64,000 bases of DNA from an uncultured virus (IMG/VR IMGVR_UViG_2902975652_000003) (taxonomy: Duplodnaviria; Heunggongvirae; Uroviricota; Caudoviricetes): IMG/VR virus record IMGVR_UViG_2902975652_000003; one strand, 5' to 3'. The first letter of the stretch is position 1, and each line of letters starts with the position of its first letter. The notes beneath the pieces were generated by a model. The model had not been told where the DNA came from. It searched no databases and saw only the letters and a list, made by a program, of their open reading frames with translations. Made by a program: the position numbers and the translations under genes. This document shows positions 18,998 through 28,823 of the stretch, one piece after another.

Positions 18998-20059
18998 ATG
19001 AAAAAGAATACCCGCTTTGCCTTTAACGCCTACCTGCAGCAGCTGGCACGCCTGAACAATGTGGAAGTGGAAGAACTTTCCAGCAAGTTCACCGTGGACC
19101 CGTCCGTGCAGCAGACGCTGGAAGACCAGATCCAGCAGTCCGCCGCTTTCCTGACGCTGATTAACATCACGCCGGTTGCGGAACAGTCCGGCCAGCTGCT
19201 TGGCCTGGGCGTTGGCTCCACCATTGCCGGAACCACCGACACCACCACCAAAGAGCGTGAACCTACCGATCCGATGCTGATGGAGGACGTGGAATATAAA
19301 TGCGAACAGACCAACTTTGACACGGTGCTGACCTACGCAAAGCTGGACCTGTGGGCGAAATTCCAGGACTTCCAGGTGCGAATCCGTAACGCCATCGTCA
19401 AGCGCCAGGCGCTGGACCGCATCATGATCGGCTTCAACGGCGTGAAGCGCGCCAAAACCTCCAACCGTGCTGAAAACCCGCTGCTGCAGGACGTGAATAA
19501 GGGCTGGCTGCAGAAAATCCGCGAAGACGCGCCGGACCACGTTATGGGCAGCACCACCCAGGACGGCACCACCACCGCAGGCGCGGTAAAGGTGGGCAAG
19601 GGCGGCGACTATGCCAACCTGGACGCCGTGGTGATGGATGCGGTTAACGAGCTGATCGACGTGGTGTATCAGGATGATGACGAGCTGGTTGTTATCTGCG
19701 GCCGCGAGTTGCTGTCCGATAAGTATTTCCCGCTGGTCAACAAAGAGCAGGAAAACAGCGAGAAAATCGCCGCCGATCTGATTATCAGCCAGAAACGCAT
19801 GGGCGGCCTGCAGGCGGTGCGTGCGCCGTTCTTCCCGGCCAAAGCCCTGCTGATCACCCGTCTGGATAACCTGTCCATTTACTGGCAGGAGGACACCCGC
19901 CGCCGTTCTGTTATCGACAACCCGAAACGTGACCGGATTGAAAACTTCGAATCCGTCAACGAAGCGTACGTGATTGAAGACTACCGCTGCGCGGCCCTGG
20001 TCGAAAATATCGAAATCGGTGATTTCAGCGCGCCAGCTGCACCGGAAGGTGGGGTGTAA
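18998..20059 (+). CDS. gpN: Major capsid protein
   Basis: ALDRIMIGFNG, LQDVNKGWLQK. Confidence 0.96.
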   Translation: MKKNTRFAFNAYLQQLARLNNVEVEELSSKFTVDPSVQQTLEDQIQQSAAFLTLINITPVAEQSGQLLGLGVGSTIAGTTDTTTKEREPTDPMLMEDVEYKCEQTNFDTVLTYAKLDLWAKFQDFQVRIRNAIVKRQALDRIMIGFNGVKRAKTSNRAENPLLQDVNKGWLQKIREDAPDHVMGSTTQDGTTTAGAVKVGKGGDYANLDAVVMDAVNELIDVVYQDDDELVVICGRELLSDKYFPLVNKEQENSEKIAADLIISQKRMGGLQAVRAPFFPAKALLITRLDNLSIYWQEDTRRRSVIDNPKRDRIENFESVNEAYVIEDYRCAALVENIEIGDFSAPAAPEGGV

Positions 20060-20062
20060 CGC

Positions 20063-20713
20063 ATGAGCCTGAGTCCCGCACGGCAGCACCGCCTGCGCAT
20101 TCAGGCCGAACAGGCCGCCCGGGAGGGCGGCAGTGTTCGCCATGCGTCCGGCTATGACCTGATGCTGCTGCAGCTGGCAGAAGACCGCCGCCGCCTTAAG
20201 GGGATCCAGTCCACCGTGAAAAAGGCGGCAATCAAGGTGGAGCTTCTGCCGAAGTATGCCGCCTGGGCGGAGGGCGTGCTGGCTGCCGGAGGTGCGCAGC
20301 AGGATGACGTGCTGATGTACGTGATGCTGTGGCGTATCGATGCCGGTGATTATGCCGGTGCGCTGGAAATCGGGCGCCATGCGCTGCGCCATGGCTGGGT
20401 GATGCCGCTGGGCAACCGCAACGTGCAGACCGTTCTGGCCGAAGAAATGGCGGACGCCGCACAAAGCGCCCTGCTGGCCGCCGCCGGTTTTGATGCCGAT
20501 CTGCTCCTGCAGACGCTGGAACTGACTTCCGATCTGGATATGCCGGACCAGTCCCGGGCACGCCTGCACAAAGCCATCGGCGCGGTACTGACCGAAAGCA
20601 ACCCGGCTTCTGCCCTTAATCATCTTACCCATGCGCTGCAGCTCGATCCCCGCTGCGGCGTGAAAAAAGAAAAGCAGCAGCTGGAGCGCAGATTGCGCAG
20701 TGACAGCCGCTAA
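20063..20713 (+). CDS. gpM: Terminase endonuclease (small) subunit
   Basis: MSLSPARQH..WRIDAGD..CGVKK; synteny. Confidence 0.93.
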   Translation: MSLSPARQHRLRIQAEQAAREGGSVRHASGYDLMLLQLAEDRRRLKGIQSTVKKAAIKVELLPKYAAWAEGVLAAGGAQQDDVLMYVMLWRIDAGDYAGALEIGRHALRHGWVMPLGNRNVQTVLAEEMADAAQSALLAAAGFDADLLLQTLELTSDLDMPDQSRARLHKAIGAVLTESNPASALNHLTHALQLDPRCGVKKEKQQLERRLRSDSR

Positions 20714-20806
20714 CGAACGTGCCCCGCGCACGGGCGGCACGGGGTGGCGAAAGGCATTGCCACATCAAAACCCCGTCCACCGCCCACTATTTCAGGAGAA
20801 AGCCGC

Positions 20807-21271
20807 ATGCAGTTTATTGCGCCAGAACAGGCACCGGAACAGGCGGACGTTATTAAAAATACGCCGTTCTGGCCTGATGTGGACCTGTCGGAATTTCGCA
20901 GCGTGATGCGCACTGACGGCACGGTGACGCAGCCCCGCCTGAGGCAGGTTGCGCTGACAGCCATTTCCGAAGTTAACGCCGAGCTGTACGACTTCCGCAA
21001 CCGCCAGCAGATGCTGGGCTACCGGGATCTGGCTGACGTACCGGCGGAAATGCTGGACGGCAAAAGCGAGCGCATCCAGCACTACCTTAACGCCGTGTAT
21101 TGCTGGGCGCGCGCCGTGCTCAATGAGCGTTACCAGGATTATGACGCCACGGCGTCCGGGGTGAAGCGAGGGGAGGAACTGGCGGAGGCCAGTGGCGATC
21201 TGTGGCGTGATGCCCGATGGGCTATAAGCCGGGTGCAGGATGCACCGCACTGCACGGTGGAGCTTATCTGA
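20807..21271 (+). CDS. gpL: Head completion protein
   Basis: NTPFWPD..YQDYDAT..TVELI; SD CAGGAG. Confidence 0.92.
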   Translation: MQFIAPEQAPEQADVIKNTPFWPDVDLSEFRSVMRTDGTVTQPRLRQVALTAISEVNAELYDFRNRQQMLGYRDLADVPAEMLDGKSERIQHYLNAVYCWARAVLNERYQDYDATASGVKRGEELAEASGDLWRDARWAISRVQDAPHCTVELI

Positions 21272-21474
21272 TGAAAGTGCGTGCGCACCAGTATGACACG
21301 GTGGACGCGCTTTGCTGGCGTCATTACGGGCGCACGCAGGGTGTCACCGAGCAGGTTCTTCAGGCAAATCCGGGGCTGGCTGAGTATGGCCCTTTTTTAC
21401 CGCACGGGCTGCAGGTGGAGCTGCCGGATATTCCGGCGACAACCACGGCGCAGACCGTCCAGCTATGGGACTGA
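21271..21474 (+). CDS. gpX: Tail protein X
   Basis: DTVDALCWRHYG..ANPGLA..QLWD. Confidence 0.92.
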   Translation: MKVRAHQYDTVDALCWRHYGRTQGVTEQVLQANPGLAEYGPFLPHGLQVELPDIPATTTAQTVQLWD

Positions 21475-21477
21475 ATT

Positions 21478-21693
21478 ATGACGCTTGAACGAATTAGCGC
21501 CTTTATCACGTACTGCATCGCTGTTTTGCTGGCATGGCTGGGCGATCTGTCGCTTAAGGATGCTTCAACAGTTGGCGGCATGCTGATCGGTGTGCTGATG
21601 CTGGCTATCAACTGGTACTACAGACACAAAAGCTACCAGCTGCTGCGCGACGGGAAAATTTCGCGGGGAGACTATGAATCCTTCAATCGTTAA
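21478..21693 (+). CDS. Holin
   Basis: 71 aa, hydrophobic helices, INWYY motif, precedes lysozyme. Confidence 0.85.
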   Translation: MTLERISAFITYCIAVLLAWLGDLSLKDASTVGGMLIGVLMLAINWYYRHKSYQLLRDGKISRGDYESFNR

Positions 21694-22183
21694 ACGCTGC
21701 CTTGTCGGGGTGGTGCTGGCTATCGCCGCCACGCTGCCCGGTTTCCAGTCGCTGAATACCTCCGTGGAGGGGCTGAAGCTGTTAGCCGACTTCGAGGGGT
21801 GCCGCCTGCAGCCTTATCAGTGCAGCGCGGGTGTCTGGACTGACGGGATCGGCAATACGTCCGGCGTGCTGCCCGGTAAAACCATCACGGAACGGCAGGC
21901 GGCGCAGGGATTAATCAACAATGTGTTGCTGACGGAAAAAAGGCTGGATGCGTGCCTGAAGGTCAGGCCCCCTCAGCATGTTTACGATGCGCTGGTAAGC
22001 ATCGGATTCAACGTGGGCACCGGCGCAATATGCCGATCCACCATGGTGTCCTACATCAACCGCCAGCAGTGGTGGCAGGCATGTAACGAGCTGCCGCGCT
22101 GGGTTTACGTCAACGGTAAGAAAAATAAAGGGCTGGAGAACCGCCGCGCGCGGGAGCTGGCCTGGTGCTTAAAAGGAGCGTAA
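21674..22183 (+). CDS. Endolysin (GH24 lysozyme, probable SAR type)
   Basis: FEGCRLQPYQCSAGVWTDGIGNT; hydrophobic N-terminus; GLENRR. Confidence 0.92.
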   Translation: MNPSIVKRCLVGVVLAIAATLPGFQSLNTSVEGLKLLADFEGCRLQPYQCSAGVWTDGIGNTSGVLPGKTITERQAAQGLINNVLLTEKRLDACLKVRPPQHVYDALVSIGFNVGTGAICRSTMVSYINRQQWWQACNELPRWVYVNGKKNKGLENRRARELAWCLKGA

Positions 22184-22187
22184 CGCA

Positions 22188-22565
22188 ATGAAAAAGAAAA
22201 TCATGAACGTGTTTTTTCAGATCGCATGGGTGGCGCTGTTGATGGCCGCGCTGCTTTATCCACGCAGCAGCGCCCCGGTCCTCGTTGCTGCCGCTGTCTG
22301 GGTTATGAGTCTTTTAACCTGGGCGCTGACCTTATGCGGCGTGCTTGGCGCAATTGCCGGAGGTACAGCAAAACAATCCCTCAACGAGTCGCTCAGGAAA
22401 TTCTTTACCGCGCCGGATAAGCCGTTGCTCAGCTGGCTGATGAAAATCCTGATTGTTGTCTGCCTGGCGTGGTCCGGCTGGGTGATCACCCTGGTGTTTT
22501 ATTTACTGACGCTGTTGGTTTACCGGGTTGCCCGTTCTCAGCTGTCAGAGACGGCAGCAGCCTGA
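22188..22565 (+). CDS. Membrane protein in lysis cassette (lysA position)
   Basis: 125 aa with several hydrophobic helices; SD AAGGAG. Confidence 0.75.
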   Translation: MKKKIMNVFFQIAWVALLMAALLYPRSSAPVLVAAAVWVMSLLTWALTLCGVLGAIAGGTAKQSLNESLRKFFTAPDKPLLSWLMKILIVVCLAWSGWVITLVFYLLTLLVYRVARSQLSETAAA

Positions 22566-22990
22566 TGCGGGTGCTGGCGGTAGTGCTGGCGCTGACGCTC
22601 GCGGCGCTGGGCTGGCAGTCGTGGAGGCTTAACAATGCCAGCCACACCATCGAGACGCAGGGCGTGGCGCTGAAAAACAAAGCGCAGGAACTGACGAAGA
22701 AAAACAGCCAGCTGATCGGCCTGTCCATTCTGACTGAAACCAACAGCCGGGAGCAGATGCGGCTTTATGCGGCGGCGGAGCAGACCTCCGCGCTGCTGCG
22801 CAGCCGTCAGCACCGGATAGAGGAACTGAAACGTGAAAACGAGGATTTGCGCCGCTGGGCTGATACTCCTTTGCCTGCTGACATTATCCGGCTGCGGGAA
22901 CGTCCGGCCCTCGCCGGAGGTGCAGCTTACCGTGAGTGGCTGTCCCAGAGTGACGCAGTGCCGCCTGGAAAGGTCAGCGCCGCGCAGTAA
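22565..22990 (+). CDS. lysB: i-spanin LysB
   Basis: N-terminal TM, coiled coil, LRRWADTPLP. Confidence 0.9.
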   Translation: MRVLAVVLALTLAALGWQSWRLNNASHTIETQGVALKNKAQELTKKNSQLIGLSILTETNSREQMRLYAAAEQTSALLRSRQHRIEELKRENEDLRRWADTPLPADIIRLRERPALAGGAAYREWLSQSDAVPPGKVSAAQ

Positions 22991-23123
22991 CGGCGATCTG
23001 AATGCGGTGCTGGATGAAACGGAGGCCGCCTGGGCGGCTTGTGCTGACAAAGTGGACACGATAATTGCGTGTCAGGAGCGAGACAGTGAACAAGCCGCAG
23101 TCTTTACGCAGCGCCCTGAATAA
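22833..23123 (+). CDS. lysC: o-spanin lipoprotein LysC
   Basis: Overlaps lysB in another frame; lipobox LSGC; NGDL..WAACA motif. Confidence 0.85.
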   Translation: MKTRICAAGLILLCLLTLSGCGNVRPSPEVQLTVSGCPRVTQCRLERSAPRSNGDLNAVLDETEAAWAACADKVDTIIACQERDSEQAAVFTQRPE

Positions 23124-23517
23124 GGCGGTGCCGTATGTCCGCAGTAACCCGGACAAACTGCACCTGTTTGTGGATAACGGTTCACTGGTGGCGACCGGGG
23201 CCAGCTCCATGTCATGGGAGTACCGCTACACCCTGAACGTGGTGATCGAGGATTTCAGCGGGGACCAGAATCTGCTGATTGCTCCCGTTCTGCTCTGGCT
23301 CACGGACAATCAGCCGGATGCCATCAATAACCCTGAACTGCGCGAAAAGCTGTTCACCTTTGACGTGGATATTTTGCGCAATGATGTGTGCGATATCAGC
23401 CTGAACCTGCAGCTGACGGAGCGCGTGCTGGTCAGCACTGACGGGGGCGTATCGAGCGTTGAAGCGGTTCCGGAACCGGACGTACCGGAAGAAATGTGGA
23501 CGGTGAAGCATGGGTGA
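23086..23517 (+). CDS. gpR: Tail completion protein R
   Basis: KPQSLR..NPDKLHLFVD..LTERV. Confidence 0.92.
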   Translation: MNKPQSLRSALNKAVPYVRSNPDKLHLFVDNGSLVATGASSMSWEYRYTLNVVIEDFSGDQNLLIAPVLLWLTDNQPDAINNPELREKLFTFDVDILRNDVCDISLNLQLTERVLVSTDGGVSSVEAVPEPDVPEEMWTVKHG

Positions 23518-23956
23518 TCTGCAGAGGGTGGATGACTGGCTGGCGGCGTTGTTGGCGAATCTGGAGCCTGCCGCACGCAGCCGCATGATGCGTCAGCTGG
23601 CGCAGGAATTGCGCCGCAGGCAACAGCAGAATATCAGGCTGCAGCGAAACCCGGACGGGAGCGGATACGAGCCGCGCCGGGTAACGGCCCGCAGCAAAAA
23701 GGGCCGCATTAAGCGCCAGATGTTTGCAAAACTTCGCACCACCAAATACTTGAAAACCGCTGCCAGTGCAGATTCTGCCAGCGTGCAGTTTGATGGTTCA
23801 GTTCAGCGTATTGCCCGTGTTCACCATTACGGCCTGCGCGATCGCGTCAGCAATTCCGGCCCAATTGTTAGGTACAGTCAGAGAAAACTATTAGGCATTA
23901 ATCGGTTAACTGTTTTAAAAATAAAAGAATTGTTAATAAATTTCCTTGAAAAGTAA
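23510..23956 (+). CDS. gpS: Tail completion/virion morphogenesis protein S
   Basis: QRNPDGS, IARVHHYG. Confidence 0.92.
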   Translation: MGDLQRVDDWLAALLANLEPAARSRMMRQLAQELRRRQQQNIRLQRNPDGSGYEPRRVTARSKKGRIKRQMFAKLRTTKYLKTAASADSASVQFDGSVQRIARVHHYGLRDRVSNSGPIVRYSQRKLLGINRLTVLKIKELLINFLEK

Positions 23957-23958
23957 AA

Positions 23959-24987
23959 TCAGATTTCTAGTTTCCTTGCTGCTTTAAGGAATTCTCTGCC
24001 TATTATTTGACCTAGCTCGCTCAACAAATTAATTGTAATGACATTTTTTTCGGATTCCTCTGTCATTATCAGCCATGCTGTTGCTTGCCCTAAGCTTATA
24101 GCCATGCCTTGAGCAGGATCAGTTAGACCATAATTACTAGGGCCAATGTTCAAAATCTGATTTTCATTATAAGGTAATGATAGAGATTTTATTATAGTTT
24201 TTGTGTTTATGTGTATGCGTTGGCTTGCCCATTTAAAATATGGTCTCATATGATCTAAATTTACTGCTTTTTCAATGCTCTGAAACCCAGCCTTGCCTGA
24301 GCTATTATTAAGAAATGGAATCGCCCAACCATACTGTGAGTCAAATTCTTTACCATATTTTTTTATGGCATTTCTAAATAATTTTGTTATGACTTCACAG
24401 TCATGCTCAGACGGCCCTTTTTCTTGCAAACGGTGTTCGTGATTTTTATGAGATTTCATCCCATAGTAAGAATCATAAATTTCATGGGCTAAAAATCTTT
24501 CAGAACATTTTGGACCGAAAGTCTGGATGAATTTCAGTGTTACATTTATTTCATGGAGAGAACGCCATCTGGCGTGCGCTGCATCAGCAAACCCATTCTT
24601 AAGCAAACATAAAATTTCATTCGCTATTAAGCATGCTTTCGCATGTAGTCTTATTAACAGGCCAATATGATTTTCGTATAGAGTATCGGTTGTCTGAATA
24701 CGATTTTCGCTGAAATTAGAACCTGAGCGAATGCATATCTCAATATGCATCTCAAGTAACTCTAAAGCATCTTTCCAATGAATAAGATGTTTTTTTATAA
24801 AATCATTGTGTGTTAGTTCGTTATTTTTGACAATATTTGGTGTTTCTTTTTTATAATATTCAAGTAAGTTAGCTGATTGGCCTTTTACATATTCCGTAAA
24901 ATATTGAAGCACTTCCTCATCACTGAGTGCTTCTAAATCAAGTTTTTTTTCTTCAATCCATTCATAAAATTGATCGGGGAATTGCAA
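23959..24987 (-). CDS. Moron: DUF5677-like (HEPN-related) protein
   Basis: Antisense, AT-rich, TTG start with GAGGAGG SD; GFADAAHARWRSLHE and YFKWASQRIH motifs. Confidence 0.72.
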   Translation of the reverse strand: MQFPDQFYEWIEEKKLDLEALSDEEVLQYFTEYVKGQSANLLEYYKKETPNIVKNNELTHNDFIKKHLIHWKDALELLEMHIEICIRSGSNFSENRIQTTDTLYENHIGLLIRLHAKACLIANEILCLLKNGFADAAHARWRSLHEINVTLKFIQTFGPKCSERFLAHEIYDSYYGMKSHKNHEHRLQEKGPSEHDCEVITKLFRNAIKKYGKEFDSQYGWAIPFLNNSSGKAGFQSIEKAVNLDHMRPYFKWASQRIHINTKTIIKSLSLPYNENQILNIGPSNYGLTDPAQGMAISLGQATAWLIMTEESEKNVITINLLSELGQIIGREFLKAARKLEI

Positions 24988-25001
24988 AATTACCTCCTCA
25001 T

Positions 25002-25019
25002 TGTGTCATAGATGACACA
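25002..25019 (+). promoter_or_regulatory. Ogr binding site of late promoter pV
   Basis: TGTGTCAT-AG-ATGACACA (TGT-N12-ACA) centred about 55 bp upstream of V ATG. Confidence 0.8.
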
Positions 25020-25065
25020 TTTTCGTTTTGATGAGCAGAGATGCATCTTCTGGCACTTTATCTAC

Positions 25066-25644
25066 ATGGATAAGAATTTAACAGAAATCATGCGCCTTAT
25101 CACCAACCTGATCCGCACCGGCACCGTGACCGAAGTGGACCGGGAAAATTGGTTGTGCCGGGTAAAGATTGGCGAGCTTGAAACCAACTGGATTAACTGG
25201 CTGACGCTGCGGGCCGGAGGCGGCCGCACCTGGTGGTGCCCGTCGCCGGATGAACAGGTGGTGGTGCTGAGCATGGGCGGGAACCTTGAAACCGCCTTTG
25301 CGCTGCCTGCCATTTACTCCAATCAGTTTACGCCGCCGTCGGATTCCGTGGACGGCTGCGTGACGGAATACCCGGACGGGGGCTGGTTCGAGTACGAGCC
25401 CGCCACCGGACGCTGGCACGTAAAAGGTATCAAATCCATGGTGATCGAGGCGGCTGACAATATCACCCTGAAAACCAGAGAGTTTGTGGTGGAGGCTGAT
25501 AATACCCTCATTAACAGCGAAGTCGTGATTAACGGCGGCGTCACCCAGGGCGGCGGCGCTATGAGTTCTAACGGGATCGTGGTGGATAAACACGGTCACA
25601 CCGGCGTTAAGTCCGGCGGCGATACGTCAGGGGGCCCGGTATGA
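25066..25644 (+). CDS. gpV: Baseplate spike protein V
   Basis: RLITNLIRTG..HGHTGV iron-binding tip; no SD (leaderless as for P2 V). Confidence 0.93.
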   Translation: MDKNLTEIMRLITNLIRTGTVTEVDRENWLCRVKIGELETNWINWLTLRAGGGRTWWCPSPDEQVVVLSMGGNLETAFALPAIYSNQFTPPSDSVDGCVTEYPDGGWFEYEPATGRWHVKGIKSMVIEAADNITLKTREFVVEADNTLINSEVVINGGVTQGGGAMSSNGIVVDKHGHTGVKSGGDTSGGPV

Positions 25645-26000
25645 CGCTGTATACCGGCATGAGTCAGGACAACGGCAGGGCCATTACCGACACGGACCAC
25701 CTGCGCCAGTCGGTCCGGGATATTCTGCTGACCCCGCAGGGAAGCCGCATTGCCCGGCGGGAATACGGCTCCCTTCTGTCTGAACTGATAGACCAGCCGC
25801 AGAACCCGGCGCTGCGCCTGCAGGTCATGTCTGCGGTGTATGTGGCCCTGAGTCGCTGGGAGCCCAGGCTTACGCTGGATTCCATCACCATCAGCAGCAG
25901 CTTTGACGGCTCCATGGTGGTTGAGCTAACCGGGAAGCGCAATAACGGCGCGCCTGTTTCCCTTTCGGTATCAACAGGAGCAGACAATGGCAGTAATTGA
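25641..26000 (+). CDS. gpW: Baseplate protein W (gp25-like)
   Basis: HLRQSVRDILLTP.GSR..WEPR. Confidence 0.93.
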   Translation: MTLYTGMSQDNGRAITDTDHLRQSVRDILLTPQGSRIARREYGSLLSELIDQPQNPALRLQVMSAVYVALSRWEPRLTLDSITISSSFDGSMVVELTGKRNNGAPVSLSVSTGADNGSN

Positions 26001-26895
26001 CCTTTCCCAGCTCCCCGCGCCGCAGATCGTCGACGTGCCGGACTTTGAATCGCTTCTGGCTGAGCGTAAGGCCGCCTTTGTGGCCCTGTATCCGGCAGAT
26101 GAACAGGACGCGGTGCGGCGCACGCTTGAGCTGGAATCTGAACCCATCACCAAACAACTGCAGGAAAACACGTACCGGGAAATCCTGCTGCGTCAGCGTA
26201 TCAACGAGGCGGCGCAGGCGGTCATGGTGGCTTATGCCATGGGCGGCGATCTCGATCAGATGGCGGCCAACTACAACGTGAAGCGCCTGACGGTTACACC
26301 TGCCGACAACGACGCGGTGCCGCCGGTCGCAGCGGTGATGGAAAGTGACGAGGCGCTGCGCCTGCGTGTTCCTGCTGCATTTGAGGGGCTGTCCGTTGCG
26401 GGCCCGACAGCGGCCTATGAGTTTCACGCTAAAAGCGCGGACGGACGCGTGGCGGATGCCAGCGCAACCAGCCCGGCCCCGGCGGAGGTGGTGCTGACCG
26501 TACTGAGCCGGGAGGGTGACGGCACTGCGGGAGCCGATCTGCTGGCTGTCGTGGAGCAGGCGCTTAACAGTGAGAACGTGCGACCGGTGGCGGACCACCT
26601 GACTGTGCGTAGCGCCGAAATTATCCCGTACCGCGTTGATGCAACGGTTTTCCTTTATCCCGGCCCGGAAGCTGAGCCTGTGATGGCAGAGGCTAAAGCC
26701 AGCCTGCAGAAGTACATCGCCAGCCAGACGCGGCTGGGACGTGATATCCGGCGCAGCGCCATTTATGCCGCGCTGCACGTTGAGGGCGTCCAGCGCGTGG
26801 AGCTGGCCTCCCCGCTGGATGATGTGGTGCTGGATAAGACGCAGGCAGCGTCCTGTACGGAATGGAGCGTAACCAACGGGGGCACGGATGAATAG
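25987..26895 (+). CDS. gpJ: Baseplate protein J
   Basis: IDLSQLPAP, SVAGPTAAY. Confidence 0.94.
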   Translation: MAVIDLSQLPAPQIVDVPDFESLLAERKAAFVALYPADEQDAVRRTLELESEPITKQLQENTYREILLRQRINEAAQAVMVAYAMGGDLDQMAANYNVKRLTVTPADNDAVPPVAAVMESDEALRLRVPAAFEGLSVAGPTAAYEFHAKSADGRVADASATSPAPAEVVLTVLSREGDGTAGADLLAVVEQALNSENVRPVADHLTVRSAEIIPYRVDATVFLYPGPEAEPVMAEAKASLQKYIASQTRLGRDIRRSAIYAALHVEGVQRVELASPLDDVVLDKTQAASCTEWSVTNGGTDE

Positions 26896-27493
26896 CCTGC
26901 TTCCGCCCGGTTCGTCACCGCTTGAGCGCCGACTGGCGCAGACCTGCAGCGGGATATCCGATCTGCAGGTGCCGCTGCGTGATTTATGGAATCCGGCGAC
27001 GTGTCCCGTTGCTTTTCTCCCGTATCTGGCCTGGGCCTTTTCCGTTGACCGCTGGGACGAAAGCTGGACTGAAAGCGTGAAGCGCCGGGTGGTGCAGGAC
27101 GCTTTCTATATCCATCAGTACAAAGGAACAACCAGCGCCGTGCGGCGCGTCGTGGAGCCGTTCGGCTTTCTGATCCGCATCATTGAGTGGTGGCAGACCG
27201 GTGAAACCCCGGGCACGTTTCGCCTGGATATCGGCGTGCAGGACCAGGGCATTACGGAAGAAACCTATCTGGAGCTGGAGCGGCTGATTAGTGATGCAAA
27301 ACCGTGCAGCCGTCACCTGGTGGGTATGTCCATAAACCTGCAGACCAGCGGCGATCTGTGGGTAGGTGCTGCCACCTATAGCGGCGAAGAGATCTCGATT
27401 TATCCGTACATCAACGAAACCATTATCTCTGGCGGCACCGCCTATGAGGCTGCCGCGGTCCATGTTATTGACACTGTGAGAGTGAATCCATGA
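26888..27493 (+). CDS. gpI: Baseplate/tail protein I
   Basis: SLLPPGSS, LPYLAWAFSVDRW, KGT. Confidence 0.94.
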   Translation: MNSLLPPGSSPLERRLAQTCSGISDLQVPLRDLWNPATCPVAFLPYLAWAFSVDRWDESWTESVKRRVVQDAFYIHQYKGTTSAVRRVVEPFGFLIRIIEWWQTGETPGTFRLDIGVQDQGITEETYLELERLISDAKPCSRHLVGMSINLQTSGDLWVGAATYSGEEISIYPYINETIISGGTAYEAAAVHVIDTVRVNP

Positions 27494-28803
27494 GCGTAAA
27501 ATTTTATACCCTGCTGACGGAGATCGGCGCGGCAAAGCTGGCAAGTGCCGCCGCGCTTGGTGTCCCGCTGAAAATTACTAAAATGGCGGTGGGAGATGGT
27601 GGCGGGGTGCTGCCGACGCCGGACTCAAAGCAGACGACCCTGGTTAACGAAAAACGCCGGGCTGACCTCAACATGCTGTATATCGATCCGCAGAACAGCA
27701 GCCAGATTATTGCTGAGCAGGTGATCCCCGAAACGGAGGGCGGTTGGTGGATTCGTGAAGTTGGACTGTTCGACGATACCGGCGCGCTGATTGCGATAGG
27801 TAACTGCCCTGAGAGTTATAAGCCGCAGCTCGCTGAGGGAAGCGGCCGCACGCAGACGGTGCGTATGGTACTGATTACCAGCAGTACCGAAAACATTACC
27901 CTGAAAATTGACCCTGCAGTGGTGCTGGCAACCCGCAAGTACGTGGATGACAAGGTGCTGGAGCTGAAGGTGTATGTGGATGACCTGATGGCAAAACACC
28001 TTGCCGCAGCAGACCCCCACAGTCAGTACGCACCCAAAGAGAGTCCGACGTTAACCGGCACGCCTAAAGCGCCAACGGCGCCCGTTGGGAATAACACAAC
28101 CCAGATTGCCAACACGGCATTTGTGCAGGCGATTGCAGCGGCGTTAAACAATGCGCTGGCGCTTAAGGCCCCGCTGGCAAGCCCGGGCCTGACCGGAACG
28201 CCGACGGCGCCGACAGCTGCGCAGACGGCTAATAACACCCAGATTGCAACCACTGCATTTGTGAAAGCTGCGCTCGCCGGGCTGGTTGGATCATCGCCCG
28301 CCGCTCTCGATACACTCAATGAATTAGCTGCTGCGCTTGGCAATGATCCCAACTTCGCCACCACTATGACCAATGCCCTTGCTGGCAAGCAGCCGCTTGA
28401 CGGCACGCTGACTGATTTATCCGGCAAGGATGCGGCGGCGATTATCAGCTATCTCGGGCTGGGGAGTGCGGCGAAACTTAATGTCGGTAACGCGGCAGGG
28501 CAAATCCCTGATATGAGCTTTTTCCTGTCCGGCCAGAACTGGTTCAAGCTGCCAGGCGGAATTATCGTGCAGGCTTTCAGCGGTTTTGTTTACTCCACGG
28601 ACAGCGATGGTACTGCCATAACCTTTCCCGTTTCTTTTCCCGATACGGTAATGGGGCTCAGCGTCCTGTGGTCGGACTCCTCACCCACAGCAGCACCAAC
28701 GTTCAAATACAACGCAAAGCTTTCTGATAAATCAAAGGCTTTAGTGAAAGTAACTAACGGTACGGGCAGTTTTGGCTGCCTGTTTATTGCGGTTGGTCGC
28801 TAA
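27490..28803 (+). CDS. gpH: Tail fibre protein (short, 437 aa)
   Basis: P2 H N-terminus, two SP.LTGTP.APT repeats, WFKLPGGIIVQ..FPVSFP C-terminal domain. Confidence 0.92.
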   Translation: MSVKFYTLLTEIGAAKLASAAALGVPLKITKMAVGDGGGVLPTPDSKQTTLVNEKRRADLNMLYIDPQNSSQIIAEQVIPETEGGWWIREVGLFDDTGALIAIGNCPESYKPQLAEGSGRTQTVRMVLITSSTENITLKIDPAVVLATRKYVDDKVLELKVYVDDLMAKHLAAADPHSQYAPKESPTLTGTPKAPTAPVGNNTTQIANTAFVQAIAAALNNALALKAPLASPGLTGTPTAPTAAQTANNTQIATTAFVKAALAGLVGSSPAALDTLNELAAALGNDPNFATTMTNALAGKQPLDGTLTDLSGKDAAAIISYLGLGSAAKLNVGNAAGQIPDMSFFLSGQNWFKLPGGIIVQAFSGFVYSTDSDGTAITFPVSFPDTVMGLSVLWSDSSPTAAPTFKYNAKLSDKSKALVKVTNGTGSFGCLFIAVGR

Positions 28804-28823
28804 GGCTCAGGCAGGAATAAACA

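Noticed and set aside
18707..20740. 677-aa minus-strand ORF
   Set aside because: Antisense shadow of GC-rich O/N/M genes; no SD or recognisable motifs
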